Shown here in pieces: positions 24,001 to 33,236 of a stretch of DNA of 64,000 nt (position 1 is its first letter; every line of letters begins with the position of its first letter). Position numbers and translations under genes: made by a program. The stretch lies in the IMG/VR virus record IMGVR_UViG_3300045988_060821, positions 80,819 through 144,818 of that record; one strand, written 5' to 3'. This DNA is from a virus. The notes under the pieces were generated by a model. That model was given only the letters and a program-made list of their open reading frames with translations. It searched no databases and was not told where the DNA came from.

Positions 24001-24399
24001 TTGGCAACTAATTATCCATACTATCCACAGCAACCTATGTATCCAAGACCAGGTATTCAATATGTGGATCAGACCTAGCCGCAAATGGGTATTAAAGGCC
24101 GGCCTGTATCTTCTATTGAAGAGGCCCGTGCCATTAGCATTGATTTCGATGGCTCTGTATTTTATTTTCCTGATTTAGCAAATAGACGTATTTATACTAA
24201 GCAAATAAACATGGATGGTACAGCCAGTCTTAATGTTTATGAGCTAAAGAATGAGCCAGTCGTCAGCTCTCCTCAGTATGTTACTAGAGAAGAGTTTGAG
24301 ACTACATTAGCACAATTAAAACAAGCTATGTTAGGAAAGGAGCCAGAATCTCAGTCCGCACCGGCATAGCCGCAGTAGACTGAGAAATTTAAGTTTTAA
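24001..24399 (+). CDS. Hypothetical protein with a Pro/Tyr/Gln-rich N-terminus (about 132 aa, 3 TAG).
   Basis: SD box AGGAGGTAAAAATT then TTG at 24001. Piece 24085-24369 is in frame. TAA at 24397-24399. Confidence 0.4.
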
Positions 24400-24412
24400 G
24401 GAGACATGAATT

Positions 24413-24648
24413 ATGAACCCAATGCAACTTATCCAAATGCTTAGGAGTGGACAGAATCCTTAGCAACTCGCTATGAATCTGCTAGAAAGCTAGATGGGTG
24501 AGACCCCAATGGGTCAAAACCTTTTAAACCTAGCCAAGAATGGTCGATCCGCAGATATTGAGCAAATTGCTCGTAACTTAGCTAAACAATAGGGAATAGA
24601 TTTCGACAAAGAATTTGCCGCCTTTAAAGAGATGCTTGGCCTTTAATC
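24413..24648 (+). CDS. Small hypothetical protein (about 78 aa, 3 TAG).
   Basis: SD box TAAGGAGAC...ATG at 24413; TAA at 24646-24648. Confidence 0.35.
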
Positions 24649-24673
24649 ATCTTATTAAAGGAGGAACATTTTT

Positions 24674-25534
24674 ATGTTCAATAATTCTAATGGCTATAGT
24701 CTAGCTGATATTGCGGCTGCTACTGGTGGTAACAACCGCAATGATGGTATGTGGGACAACGGTGCGTGGTGGATTATTATCCTCTTCCTCTTCTGTTTCA
24801 ACGGTGGTATGTGGGGTAATGGTTTCGGTCGCGGCATGGGCGGCCAAGGCGCTGGATCTCCTGCGTTCCAGGGAACTGCAACTCGTGAGGAAATCGCTTA
24901 TGGTTTCGATATGAACGGTCTCCAGAGTGGTATTCGTGGTGTACAGCAGGGTCTCTGTGACGGACTCTATGCTATGAATACTGGAATGTTAAATGGCTTT
25001 GCTGGTGTTAATAATGCAGTTTGCTCTCTCGGCTATCAAACCGCTCAGCTTGCTAACGGTTTAACTTCTGACATTGTTGCTAACCGCTTTGCCGCACAAC
25101 AGGGCGTATGCCAGGTTGAAAATGCTATCAATCAGGCTCGTTATGATAATACTATTGGTCAGAATAGTATTGCTCGTGAGATTTCTGATTGCTGCTGCGA
25201 AAATGGTCGCGCTATGGAACGTGGTTTTGCTGATATTAACTATAATATGGCAACCAACACTTGCGCTATCCAGACCTCTATGGCAAATCACACCCGTGAT
25301 ATTATCGACAGTCAGAACGCTGGCACTCGTGCTATCCTTGATTATCTCTGCCAGGAGAAAATCTCTGATCTCCAGAGTGAGAACCAGGCTCTCCGCCTTG
25401 CTGCATCTCAGCAGGCTCAGAACAATTATCTGGTCAGCCAGCTCGGCACTAAGGCACCTGTTCCCGCTTATGTGGTTGCAAACCCATACTGCAACTGCGG
25501 GACCGCAGCTTATGGTTGCGGGTTAACTGCCTAA
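24674..25534 (+). CDS. Gly/Asn/Cys-rich membrane-anchored protein (286 aa, no TAG, higher GC).
   Basis: SD box AAAGGAGGAACA; intact ORF; one TM (WWIIILFLFCF); 13 Cys. Confidence 0.5.
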   Translation: MFNNSNGYSLADIAAATGGNNRNDGMWDNGAWWIIILFLFCFNGGMWGNGFGRGMGGQGAGSPAFQGTATREEIAYGFDMNGLQSGIRGVQQGLCDGLYAMNTGMLNGFAGVNNAVCSLGYQTAQLANGLTSDIVANRFAAQQGVCQVENAINQARYDNTIGQNSIAREISDCCCENGRAMERGFADINYNMATNTCAIQTSMANHTRDIIDSQNAGTRAILDYLCQEKISDLQSENQALRLAASQQAQNNYLVSQLGTKAPVPAYVVANPYCNCGTAAYGCGLTA

Positions 25535-25546
25535 ATTAACCTATAA

Positions 25547-25575
25547 GGGGAGAGTAATCTCCCCTTATATTAAAA
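25547..25575 (+). terminator. Rho-independent terminator (AAGGGGAGA-GTAATC-TCCCCTT).
   Basis: Stem-loop after TAA 25535-25537. Confidence 0.7.
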
Positions 25576-25593
25576 ACAAGGAGGATTTGTATT

Positions 25594-26016
25594 ATGGAAA
25601 TTACCGCTAATGCTGTGCAAACAGTCGCGGCTAATCAAGATGTTTTATTCACAAATATTGCTGTCGCAGGCAACTCTTCTACCGTTCATCGTAGCGGTAG
25701 CGGTCAAGTAACTTTAAGAGGTTTGACTAATTGTCAGTGTCGTGCGCGTTTTCGCGTGACATTTGGAAGTAATATTGCGGTTCCCGCAGATGGTACTGCT
25801 GGACCAATTTCATTAGCTATTGCTATTGATGGTGAACCTATCAATACCACTACCATGATTTATACGCCAACCGCGGTTAGCACTTATGGCAATATTTTTG
25901 GTGCTATTTTTATTGATATCCCACGTGGATGCTGTGGAAAAGTAAGCGTAAGAAATATTTCTACTATTCCAGTAAGCGTTCAAAACGCTAATCTAATTGT
26001 TGAAAGGGTGGCTTAA
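25594..26016 (+). CDS. BclA C-terminal-domain-like (C1q/TNF-fold-like) protein (140 aa, no TAG).
   Basis: SD box ACAAGGAGGA. The C-terminus ...VQNANLIVERVA resembles the ...SASIIIEKVA terminus of the exosporium protein BclA C-terminal domain. An FN(T/V) segment sits near the N-terminus of the domain. Confidence 0.4.
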   Translation: MEITANAVQTVAANQDVLFTNIAVAGNSSTVHRSGSGQVTLRGLTNCQCRARFRVTFGSNIAVPADGTAGPISLAIAIDGEPINTTTMIYTPTAVSTYGNIFGAIFIDIPRGCCGKVSVRNISTIPVSVQNANLIVERVA

Positions 26017-26019
26017 TTT

Positions 26020-26583
26020 ATGGAACGACTAAAGCATATGGAAGAAGTCTTGATGGGCTGTGTTCAGGCACAGTTAAGTCATCTTGATACGGTAGATACT
26101 GAGGAATTAGGTCAGGCTATTGATATGATTAAAGACCTTGAGCAGGCTAAATATTACTGCTCTATTATCAAGGCAATGGAAGAAGCCGAAGAGGACGAAA
26201 CTAAAGAAAAGAGCCATCATCACCATAGAGATATGGATAAAGTATATGGAAGAATGTATTATGAAGGTCCAGATGGCCGTTATCCATGGAAAAAGCGCGA
26301 TCGTGATGAAGATTATCCTTATTATCCTGAACGTGGACGCGAGATTGATATTCGCGATTCTCGCGAAGGCCGCAGTCCAGTAACTCGTCGTATGTATATG
26401 GAGTCTAAACAACTTCATAAAGATAAGACAGAAAAGGTTAAGGAATTAGAGAAGTATATGCAAGAACTCTCTGAGGACATCGTAGAAATGATTGATGGAG
26501 CTTCTCCAGAAGAGCGTCAAGTTCTAGAGAAGAAAATGACTAGCCTGACTAATAAAATTGCGCAGTTAAATCTCAATGCTTAA
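26020..26583 (+). CDS. Highly charged His/Tyr/Arg-rich low-complexity protein (187 aa, no TAG).
   Basis: Intact ORF with HHHH, YPYYPERGREIDIRDSREGR and a coiled-coil C-terminus. Confidence 0.4.
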   Translation: MERLKHMEEVLMGCVQAQLSHLDTVDTEELGQAIDMIKDLEQAKYYCSIIKAMEEAEEDETKEKSHHHHRDMDKVYGRMYYEGPDGRYPWKKRDRDEDYPYYPERGREIDIRDSREGRSPVTRRMYMESKQLHKDKTEKVKELEKYMQELSEDIVEMIDGASPEERQVLEKKMTSLTNKIAQLNLNA

Positions 26584-26839
26584 TATTAACGGAGTAAGTT
26601 GGAGGATATTGCTAGTACCTCCAACTTCTTCTACTCTTGCTAGGAGCGATGGGTCATTAGCTTCTGGTGTTTGTGATAATGATACTAAATGTATCTATAT
26701 CAATGAGAATCTTAATTCTTCTTTAATGAAGAGAGTGTTATGTCACGAAATAACTCATGCTGCTATGTTCAGCTATGAAACTGATTTAACCGTTGAACAA
26801 GAGGAGCTATTAGCGGATCTAATAGCTACTTATGGATAG
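26576..26839 (+). CDS. Small HExxH zinc-metallopeptidase-like protein (87 aa; ImmA/IrrE or DUF955-like).
   Basis: VLCHEITHAAMF motif; overlaps the upstream gene by 8 nt. Confidence 0.4.
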   Translation: MLNINGVSWRILLVPPTSSTLARSDGSLASGVCDNDTKCIYINENLNSSLMKRVLCHEITHAAMFSYETDLTVEQEELLADLIATYG

Positions 26840-26880
26840 GAAATAATTTCTAAAACCAATGATATATTTCAACGATTAAA

Positions 26881-26925
26881 AGCAAATAAAGGGGACTTGT
26901 CAAGTTAAAGACAAGTCCCCTTTAT
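26881..26925. terminator. Bidirectional terminator (AAAGGGGACTTGTC-AAGTTAAA-GACAAGTCCCCTTT) between the convergent gene blocks.
   Basis: 14-bp perfect inverted repeat with T-runs on both strands. Confidence 0.8.
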
Positions 26926-27118
26926 TTTGTTATTCGAGTTTAATTGGTAGTTCCAATGCTAATTCGTAATATTCTTTAGCTTGACCATTTCCGCCTAATC
27001 CAGAGTATATTCGATAAAACTCACTTAATTGATCATATTGCTCTTGTGTCATATAACCCTATTTAATATAAGCTTTACAAAGCTAAACCAAACGGAATTT
27101 ATAAGACGAAATGATTAG

Positions 27119-27361
27119 CTACATATGACTTTTCTCAATATCTTTAGTTTCCATGATATATTTTCGGAGTTCTTCGATTTCTTTCTGAATTGGTTCAATG
27201 CGGGAGTCTATAGTTTTTTCTAGTTCAGTATCTTTGCTTTCTTCAAGTAGCTTTTTATAATTCTTTAACTGGCCATGTAAGTATTTACAAAAAGCTAAGG
27301 CTCCCGCAGATACTAAGCCAAAAAAAATCTCAACTAAATGTTCAGCAATAAAAGTAAACAT
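27119..27361 (-). CDS. Small protein with an N-terminal TM helix and a coiled-coil (80 aa).
   Basis: SD box GGAAGGAGG then ATG (internal Met of ORF 27119-27388). Confidence 0.35.
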   Translation of the reverse strand: MFTFIAEHLVEIFFGLVSAGALAFCKYLHGQLKNYKKLLEESKDTELEKTIDSRIEPIQKEIEELRKYIMETKDIEKSHM

Positions 27362-27437
27362 AAAATCCTCCTTCCTTAAACCTCTCAAAAAATTTTAAGA
27401 GTTAAGAAAGGAGGATTATTTTATTTAGACCGCATCC

Positions 27438-27917
27438 TTACCAAGCGCATTTATTCTTCTTGATATGATGAGTTCCAATGCATACAGCATCCGCAATATC
27501 CTAGATAACATGGATACCATAATTCTATTCTACATAGAGTTGAGCATTCTTTTTCTATTCTGCTCTTGTTCGACCTTTAATACCTAAAGTAGATTTCCAA
27601 GACGAGGCGAGGACTGTTGAATGAGGAATCTGGATTTCTTGCAGTAATTCTGAAACAACTCCATAAACCTCTGCCAAGACCTTAAAGGTCTAAACATTAT
27701 TAGCCACATTGTTCTGTTGCTAAATATCTTCAAAGATTACTTCGTCGATATTATAATCTGTAACTAAAGTCTAAATACCCTATCGTAACTAAACTAGTCT
27801 AATATCGGTATTTGGATCATCTAAAGAAATCTTGCCGTAGGACTTTAACTTTCCATCTTCAAAGATAGCCCATCCCGTAACCTTCGAGGCTTGGTCAAGG
27901 GCTAACAAGCGACTCAT
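27438..27917 (-). CDS. RuvC-like Holliday-junction resolvase (159 aa) with 7 recoded TAG codons.
   Basis: N-terminal MSRLLALDQASKVTGWAIFEDG... and C-terminal ...IADAVCIGTHH (RuvC motifs). It is invisible in the ORF track because of the TAG density. Its ATG overlaps the dUTPase stop (TAATG). Confidence 0.7.
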
Positions 27918-28480
27918 TACTTACTTGTAGAACCGAATCCACCTACGCGCTCGCCTGTCGCGGCATCATCATCGGTTACTCCATACGTATGAATAATTCC
28001 TTGTCCGATCTTATCTCCACGCTTAAGTTGAATAGCAAAAGGAGAAAGGTTGATAATCTGGAAGAAGATTTCGCCCTCATTGTCGGGATTATCGCAATAG
28101 TCGGCGTCGATAATACCAATACTGTTGCCGATAATCAGCCAATGTTTAAGAGGAGTAGAACTGCGGGCGCTCAGTTCGAGATACTGACCAGGCTCAAGAT
28201 GACACTTCATACCAGTAGATACCAGAGGAATCTTGGCTTTAAGTTCCTTAGTAAGAGCTGCCATTTCATCAAGAGAAAGTGGATCAATGAAACCATAGAA
28301 GTCTTCGTGGCGTTCTTTCTCAAATAAGTCATCCTGAATCTTGGTTCTTAGAAAATCATATGGAGGAATCACAATATCCTCTGCGACTACAAAATCATAA
28401 CCCGCGGAATTGGCGGTTGCACGAGTCGGTAGAGGTAGATCAACATCCGCGAAGCGAGAAACTTTCTCAAATTTAACCAT
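27917..28480 (-). CDS. dut: dUTPase / dCTP-deaminase-family protein (about 187 aa).
   Basis: GIIDADYCDNPDNEGEI... and the Gly-rich C-terminal motif GERVGGFGSTSK. SD box GGAGGA then ATG at 28480. Confidence 0.75.
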   Translation of the reverse strand: MVKFEKVSRFADVDLPLPTRATANSAGYDFVVAEDIVIPPYDFLRTKIQDDLFEKERHEDFYGFIDPLSLDEMAALTKELKAKIPLVSTGMKCHLEPGQYLELSARSSTPLKHWLIIGNSIGIIDADYCDNPDNEGEIFFQIINLSPFAIQLKRGDKIGQGIIHTYGVTDDDAATGERVGGFGSTSK

Positions 28481-28724
28481 TATCTGTATCCTCCATATTG
28501 ATAGGCATAACCCCTTCAGGGTCTTTCTCATTGTCGATAGTAATAGTAGCAGTCACAAGCTGATACTCTTCAACAATCTCGCCCTTTGCCTTAATATATT
28601 TAGTAACGTACTTAAAGGAAGTTAGCTCGCCAATACAGTTCTTGTCAAGCCACTTCCGCAGACGAAGAGCATCTTCGACAGTAGGCACGCGATACACATT
28701 CGTTGTTTTCAAAGTATACATCAT
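28473..28724 (-). CDS. Small hypothetical protein (83 aa).
   Basis: Intact ORF; its stop overlaps the dUTPase start. Confidence 0.35.
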   Translation of the reverse strand: MMYTLKTTNVYRVPTVEDALRLRKWLDKNCIGELTSFKYVTKYIKAKGEIVEEYQLVTATITIDNEKDPEGVMPINMEDTDNG

Positions 28725-28727
28725 TAA

Positions 28728-28981
28728 ATACCTTCCACTTCAATTTTTTCCTTTGTATAATTACTTGTAATTAACTGTTGTCTAATTTCTTCCACAATAT
28801 GGGATGGAGCATCAATCTTTACAGAAAAGATATTAGTTGCATCCGCAAGTAGACCAATATTCTTCGCAAACTCAGAGATATTGGAGTCGATTACTGTCTG
28901 CTACTGAGAGTCATCTCGGCAGATATAAACACGGGATTCCGCAGAAAATGGATCGTAATGAACTACTAATACGTTGTTCAT
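28728..28981 (-). CDS. Small hypothetical protein (about 83 aa, 1 TAG).
   Basis: ATG overlaps the upstream TGA (ATGA); TAA at 28728-28730. Confidence 0.3.
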
Positions 28982-29322
28982 ACTTCAATCACCCCTTGTG
29001 TATAGTCAAACATGGCATACATGGAGCAAGTTTTATCTTGCTGAATCCAGAACTCAACCATGTCATCTCGTACTTCGATACCTTTGAGGACGCCCAATGT
29101 TTTAGCGATATCAATCATCTCAAAAGCCATCTTCTTTACATCATGCTCTTGATTATAGGTATATACAGTGTAATATCTACCATCTACATTTAACATCATG
29201 TAGTATTTAGAGTCATGCTTAGTTAGAAACTGTTCAAGCTCTTCAGTTGCCCTACGGATTTCAGCCTTCGGCATCTTAGGGAGCTTGTTATAAGCAATCT
29301 GATTCATTTCATATAATGTCAT
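28978..29322 (-). CDS. Hypothetical protein (114 aa).
   Basis: Intact ORF in an operon context. Confidence 0.35.
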   Translation of the reverse strand: MTLYEMNQIAYNKLPKMPKAEIRRATEELEQFLTKHDSKYYMMLNVDGRYYTVYTYNQEHDVKKMAFEMIDIAKTLGVLKGIEVRDDMVEFWIQQDKTCSMYAMFDYTQGVIEV

Positions 29323-29351
29323 AGCAATTCTCCTTTTCTTTTATTATAATA

Positions 29352-29903
29352 TCACAAAACTTTAGTTCTGTCAATTAAAATGGCTCCTAAAGAGTTGCCA
29401 ATAAGTGCCACTACAAAGAAAGGAAACATTTCATAACAGAAAGAACCAGAAGCTATAAAATAGCATAAGTCTGCGATACAGTGTTCTCCGCCAAAGAGGA
29501 TAAAACCCGCGACACATAATGGAACCATATATGGAGCAGAATTGCGGAAGCAAGAGACAGCAGTATACATAAATATACCACATACTATTGCTTTTATCAT
29601 TACCAATCCAAGCGGAAGAGCTAGTTTAGTAGCGACTAAAGGAATGGCCGCAGAGTGCGGGAAGAACAAGAGTAAGCATACTCCAATTAGGTTACCAACG
29701 AGAATTGTAGTAATATTTTGCATATCTGCGGGATTCAGATGCACAAAACCTATCGCGCCAGTATATAGCTTAAAGTTCATATTAAGAATAGTTAGGAGTC
29801 CTATAGAAAAGAGAAAGGCTCCTACTATTCCACCAACTTGAAGATAAATATAACTAGCTATGGCAATCATCATGCCACCAAAAATAGCGTTAATCAATAT
29901 CAT
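29352..29903 (-). CDS. Polytopic integral membrane protein (about 185 aa; transporter-like).
   Basis: Six hydrophobic helices. The start was trimmed to avoid a 95-nt overlap with nrdG. Confidence 0.4.
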   Translation of the reverse strand: MILINAIFGGMMIAIASYIYLQVGGIVGAFLFSIGLLTILNMNFKLYTGAIGFVHLNPADMQNITTILVGNLIGVCLLLFFPHSAAIPLVATKLALPLGLVMIKAIVCGIFMYTAVSCFRNSAPYMVPLCVAGFILFGGEHCIADLCYFIASGSFCYEMFPFFVVALIGNSLGAILIDRTKVL

Positions 29904-30324
29904 GTAAATCAATAATGCGTTGATTGCGGCTACCGCGCATAGGCAAGGTAATATCTCGTTCAGCTTGAATATAAGGACCATCAATCAAAACATCCGCAGT
30001 CTTAAGGATCTCCCGCATATTTGTATCAGAAGAATGAAGAAGTTCTTCATATTTATTGCCTGTCCAAATATAAATTTTAGTATCTGGCAATTCTTTCTTT
30101 ACTGTTGTTACAACCAATCTGGTAAGAAACGAATTTTCTTGACATAAAGGTTCTCCCCCCATGATACATAGATTTCTATGTATTCCATTGGCTTTCAATC
30201 CATCAACGATTGACTGTAAAGTATCTTGCGTAAACTCTCTTCCGCCATCAAAATCCCAAGTCTCAGGGTTGTGGCACCCCTCACAATGGAAGGGGCACCC
30301 CTGAGTAAAGAATGATAGGCACAC
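29890..30324 (-). CDS. nrdG: Anaerobic ribonucleotide reductase activating protein (radical-SAM, NrdG).
   Basis: Radical-SAM CxxxCxxC cluster GCPFHCEGCHNPETW at the N-terminus; small size; adjacent to nrdD. Confidence 0.85.
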   Translation of the reverse strand: MCLSFFTQGCPFHCEGCHNPETWDFDGGREFTQDTLQSIVDGLKANGIHRNLCIMGGEPLCQENSFLTRLVVTTVKKELPDTKIYIWTGNKYEELLHSSDTNMREILKTADVLIDGPYIQAERDITLPMRGSRNQRIIDLHDID

Positions 30325-30375
30325 ACCTGGTGCTGAAGAAAAATCATTATAAATAATTCCTGCGTAACGAATAGG

Positions 30376-32616
30376 TCATTCCTCCAATCGACCAGCGTGT
30401 TTTACTCTGTCATTTGCTTCTGCAATTTTACCTGCATTAAATGCAGTCGTATAGTTACCAGTTAGATAACCAGTTACTCGTCTAAGCTGCTGGATATGAT
30501 GGCTTCCGCAAACAGGACAGTGATCATTAAACTCGTCCATGAAACCACATTCAAGACAAGTATCATTAGGAACATTGATAGCAAAGTAAGGAATGTCATG
30601 TTCCATAGCATAATGCACTAGAGTTTCCAAAGCATCAATGTTATTTTTGACACCGCTATCAAGTTCAACATAGGTGATGCAACCAGCAGAAGAGTATCCA
30701 GTCAACTGACTTTCAATATCAATCTTATTAAATGGAGACATTTCCTTCCATACGGGGACATGGATAGAGTTAGTGAAATAATCTCTGTCACTCACATTAG
30801 GAATCTCTCCATACTTCTCTTTGAATTTTGTCATAGCGGTATAGCAAAGATTCTCAGCAGGTGTATAGTATACACCAAAGTTTAACTTATATTGTTCTTT
30901 AAACTCTGCGCATCTATCCTTGAAGAGCTGTTCAATTCGTTTCGCTAGCTCCATACCTTCTGGAGTAGTATGGTCTTGACCGATAAGGATTTGCAGAGTC
31001 TCAGCCAGACCGATCTGACCAACAGCAAGAGTACCATGTCTAAGAGCACTACGAGTAGTCTTACCATCATATCCTGCCATTAAGCCATTCTCATACATGA
31101 ATTTGGCAGATGCCGCGGGTTGAGAGCAGATATAATCAAAACGTTCAATCAGCATATCTTTTGCTTCATGGATTTTCTGGTCAAGTTTATAAAGGAATCT
31201 GTCAATTAAAATTTGTCTATCATTAAAAGAATAATGGCCTTTTACATCTGCATCAAAGTTAATCTTACACTCCATAGCAAGAGTAGGCATGATAATAGTT
31301 ACGGGGCAAATATTACCACGGCCATCTTTTGTTTGACCCATACCGTTGATATCCCAGCCATTCGCGGTGCGGCAGCCCATAGTAGAGAAATAGGTCTTGG
31401 GGTCATTGATGTCATATCCCGCATTACCAGACCAATCAACATTAGCATAGTTGGGATAAAGTCTAGTTGCAGTAGATCTTAGAGCCAGTTTAAACAGATC
31501 ATAGTTTGGATCACCGGGCTTTTGATTGACGCCTTTCATGCACTGGAAGATACCACATGGGAAGATAGAAGTCTTATGTAATCTACCAAGTCCCTCAATA
31601 GAAACATCAAGCAATGCTTTTGTAACCATTCTACCTTCTGGGAGAGTGCAAGTACCATAGTTGATAGAAGTGAATGGTAATTGATTACCAGAACGAGACT
31701 GAAGAGTATTAAGATTATGATACATACCTTCTACAGCTTGATGTACTTCTTTAACAGTCATATCAAGAGCATATTGATATGCTTTATTATAAATCATATA
31801 TTCATTATCTTCAATTCCAGCAGTATCTGGGATATGGTCAAAAAGCTCTTTATCGGAGATATTCTCAATATACTTTAAACCTTCAATATAGTGTTTTCTA
31901 AAACTTTTTCTTACATAAGGAACCATAGTCCAGTCAAGATGAGTAGCACTTACTCCACCAAACTGCTGTAAGGATTGAAGCTGGAAAATAACTGCAACCA
32001 GCTGGAATGCAGTATTCACAGAACCTGCAGGTCGCACGTCGGTTTGTCTAGTATTGAAACCTTTTGCTAGTAGATCATCAAAAGGAATGGAGAGACAGTT
32101 ATGCATACCAACCGCATAAGCAGATAGGTCATGGATATAAATTTCATTGTTCTCGTGATTGCGGCGAGCCATATCAGAGACGCAGTAATCTAAAGCGTAT
32201 CTCTTCATTTGCAAGTCAGAACCTGCGCCAACTCGACCACCAAATGACATTTCATCGACATTAGCGTTCTAATTCTCAATGGCTGTACCGTTAATCTTCT
32301 CAGAGAAAGCCCTAATAAAATCGTCTCTACCGGAGCGCGCAACTTCTCGCTTATAGCGATAACGAATGTAGGTTTTAGCCACGTCCTTGCGCTCAGACCG
32401 CATGAGGAAGTCTTCAACCATGTCTTGAATTTCCTCAACAGAGATAATATCTTCTGCGGTCTTTGCACTATACTTAATTTCATCAGCAATATCATTTGCT
32501 GTATCTTCTTCGTATAAAGTGCCATCAACTTCGATAAAAGCCTTATTGATGGCATTAACGATTCTTTGCTTATCAAATGGTACAAGGATACCATTTCTCT
32601 TTTTCACTTGTAGCAT
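30376..32616 (-). CDS. nrdD: Anaerobic (class III) ribonucleotide reductase NrdD with N-terminal ATP-cone. One recoded TAG at 32269-32271.
   Basis: The ATP-cone piece 32269-32616 and the catalytic body 30376-32250 share a frame and are joined only by TAG. C-terminal Zn ribbon CPVCG plus Gly-radical region (RVTGY). Confidence 0.9.
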
Positions 32617-32681
32617 TTAGATCAAACTCCTTAATTAAAAATAATAGTCTATACAAGATATAGTGTTTTTGATAAGCAAAT

Positions 32682-33236
32682 TTAACAAAATTGCCCAGCT
32701 ATAAGATCGACAGCACGAAGTAAATCGCCTGCATCTTGATTTTTAATTACTTGATAATCAATATCCTCTAAATCTTCAAAATCTTGTTCATCTGTCGAGA
32801 ATCGTCTAATAATCTCCTTAATATCAGGATTCTCTTCTCTATTCAACTGCCTGATTAGACGTTCTTTATCACTAGTCTGCACATAATACACAGTTAAATC
32901 TACGAAATTATCTTCCATTAGGCATCTAATACCTTGAGGATTAAAGACGCCTACATTGATTTTATCTTTTGATAAACTAGATAAAGCAGTTCCATAGTGC
33001 CAGTCATTAAATTCAGTTGCTTCTAGCATATCGCCATTAAGGACTTTCTCTGTGAATTGGTCAATTGTTAAGAAGTGATAATTTATTCCCTCTTGTTCTC
33101 CTTCGCGAGGAGGACGAGTAGTACAGCTCACAATCTCATTAAATTTATTAGGATCTACTTTAACGAGAGCGCGAAGGATTGTATCCTTCCCGCTCCCGGC
33201 TTTACCAAACAAAGCGATGACTTTGACTTTATTCAT
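32682..33236 (-). CDS. Guanylate-kinase-like deoxynucleoside monophosphate kinase.
   Basis: P-loop GKAGSGKDT and the guanylate kinase signature CTTRPPREGEQEGINYHF. Confidence 0.75.
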   Translation of the reverse strand: MNKVKVIALFGKAGSGKDTILRALVKVDPNKFNEIVSCTTRPPREGEQEGINYHFLTIDQFTEKVLNGDMLEATEFNDWHYGTALSSLSKDKINVGVFNPQGIRCLMEDNFVDLTVYYVQTSDKERLIRQLNREENPDIKEIIRRFSTDEQDFEDLEDIDYQVIKNQDAGDLLRAVDLIAGQFC

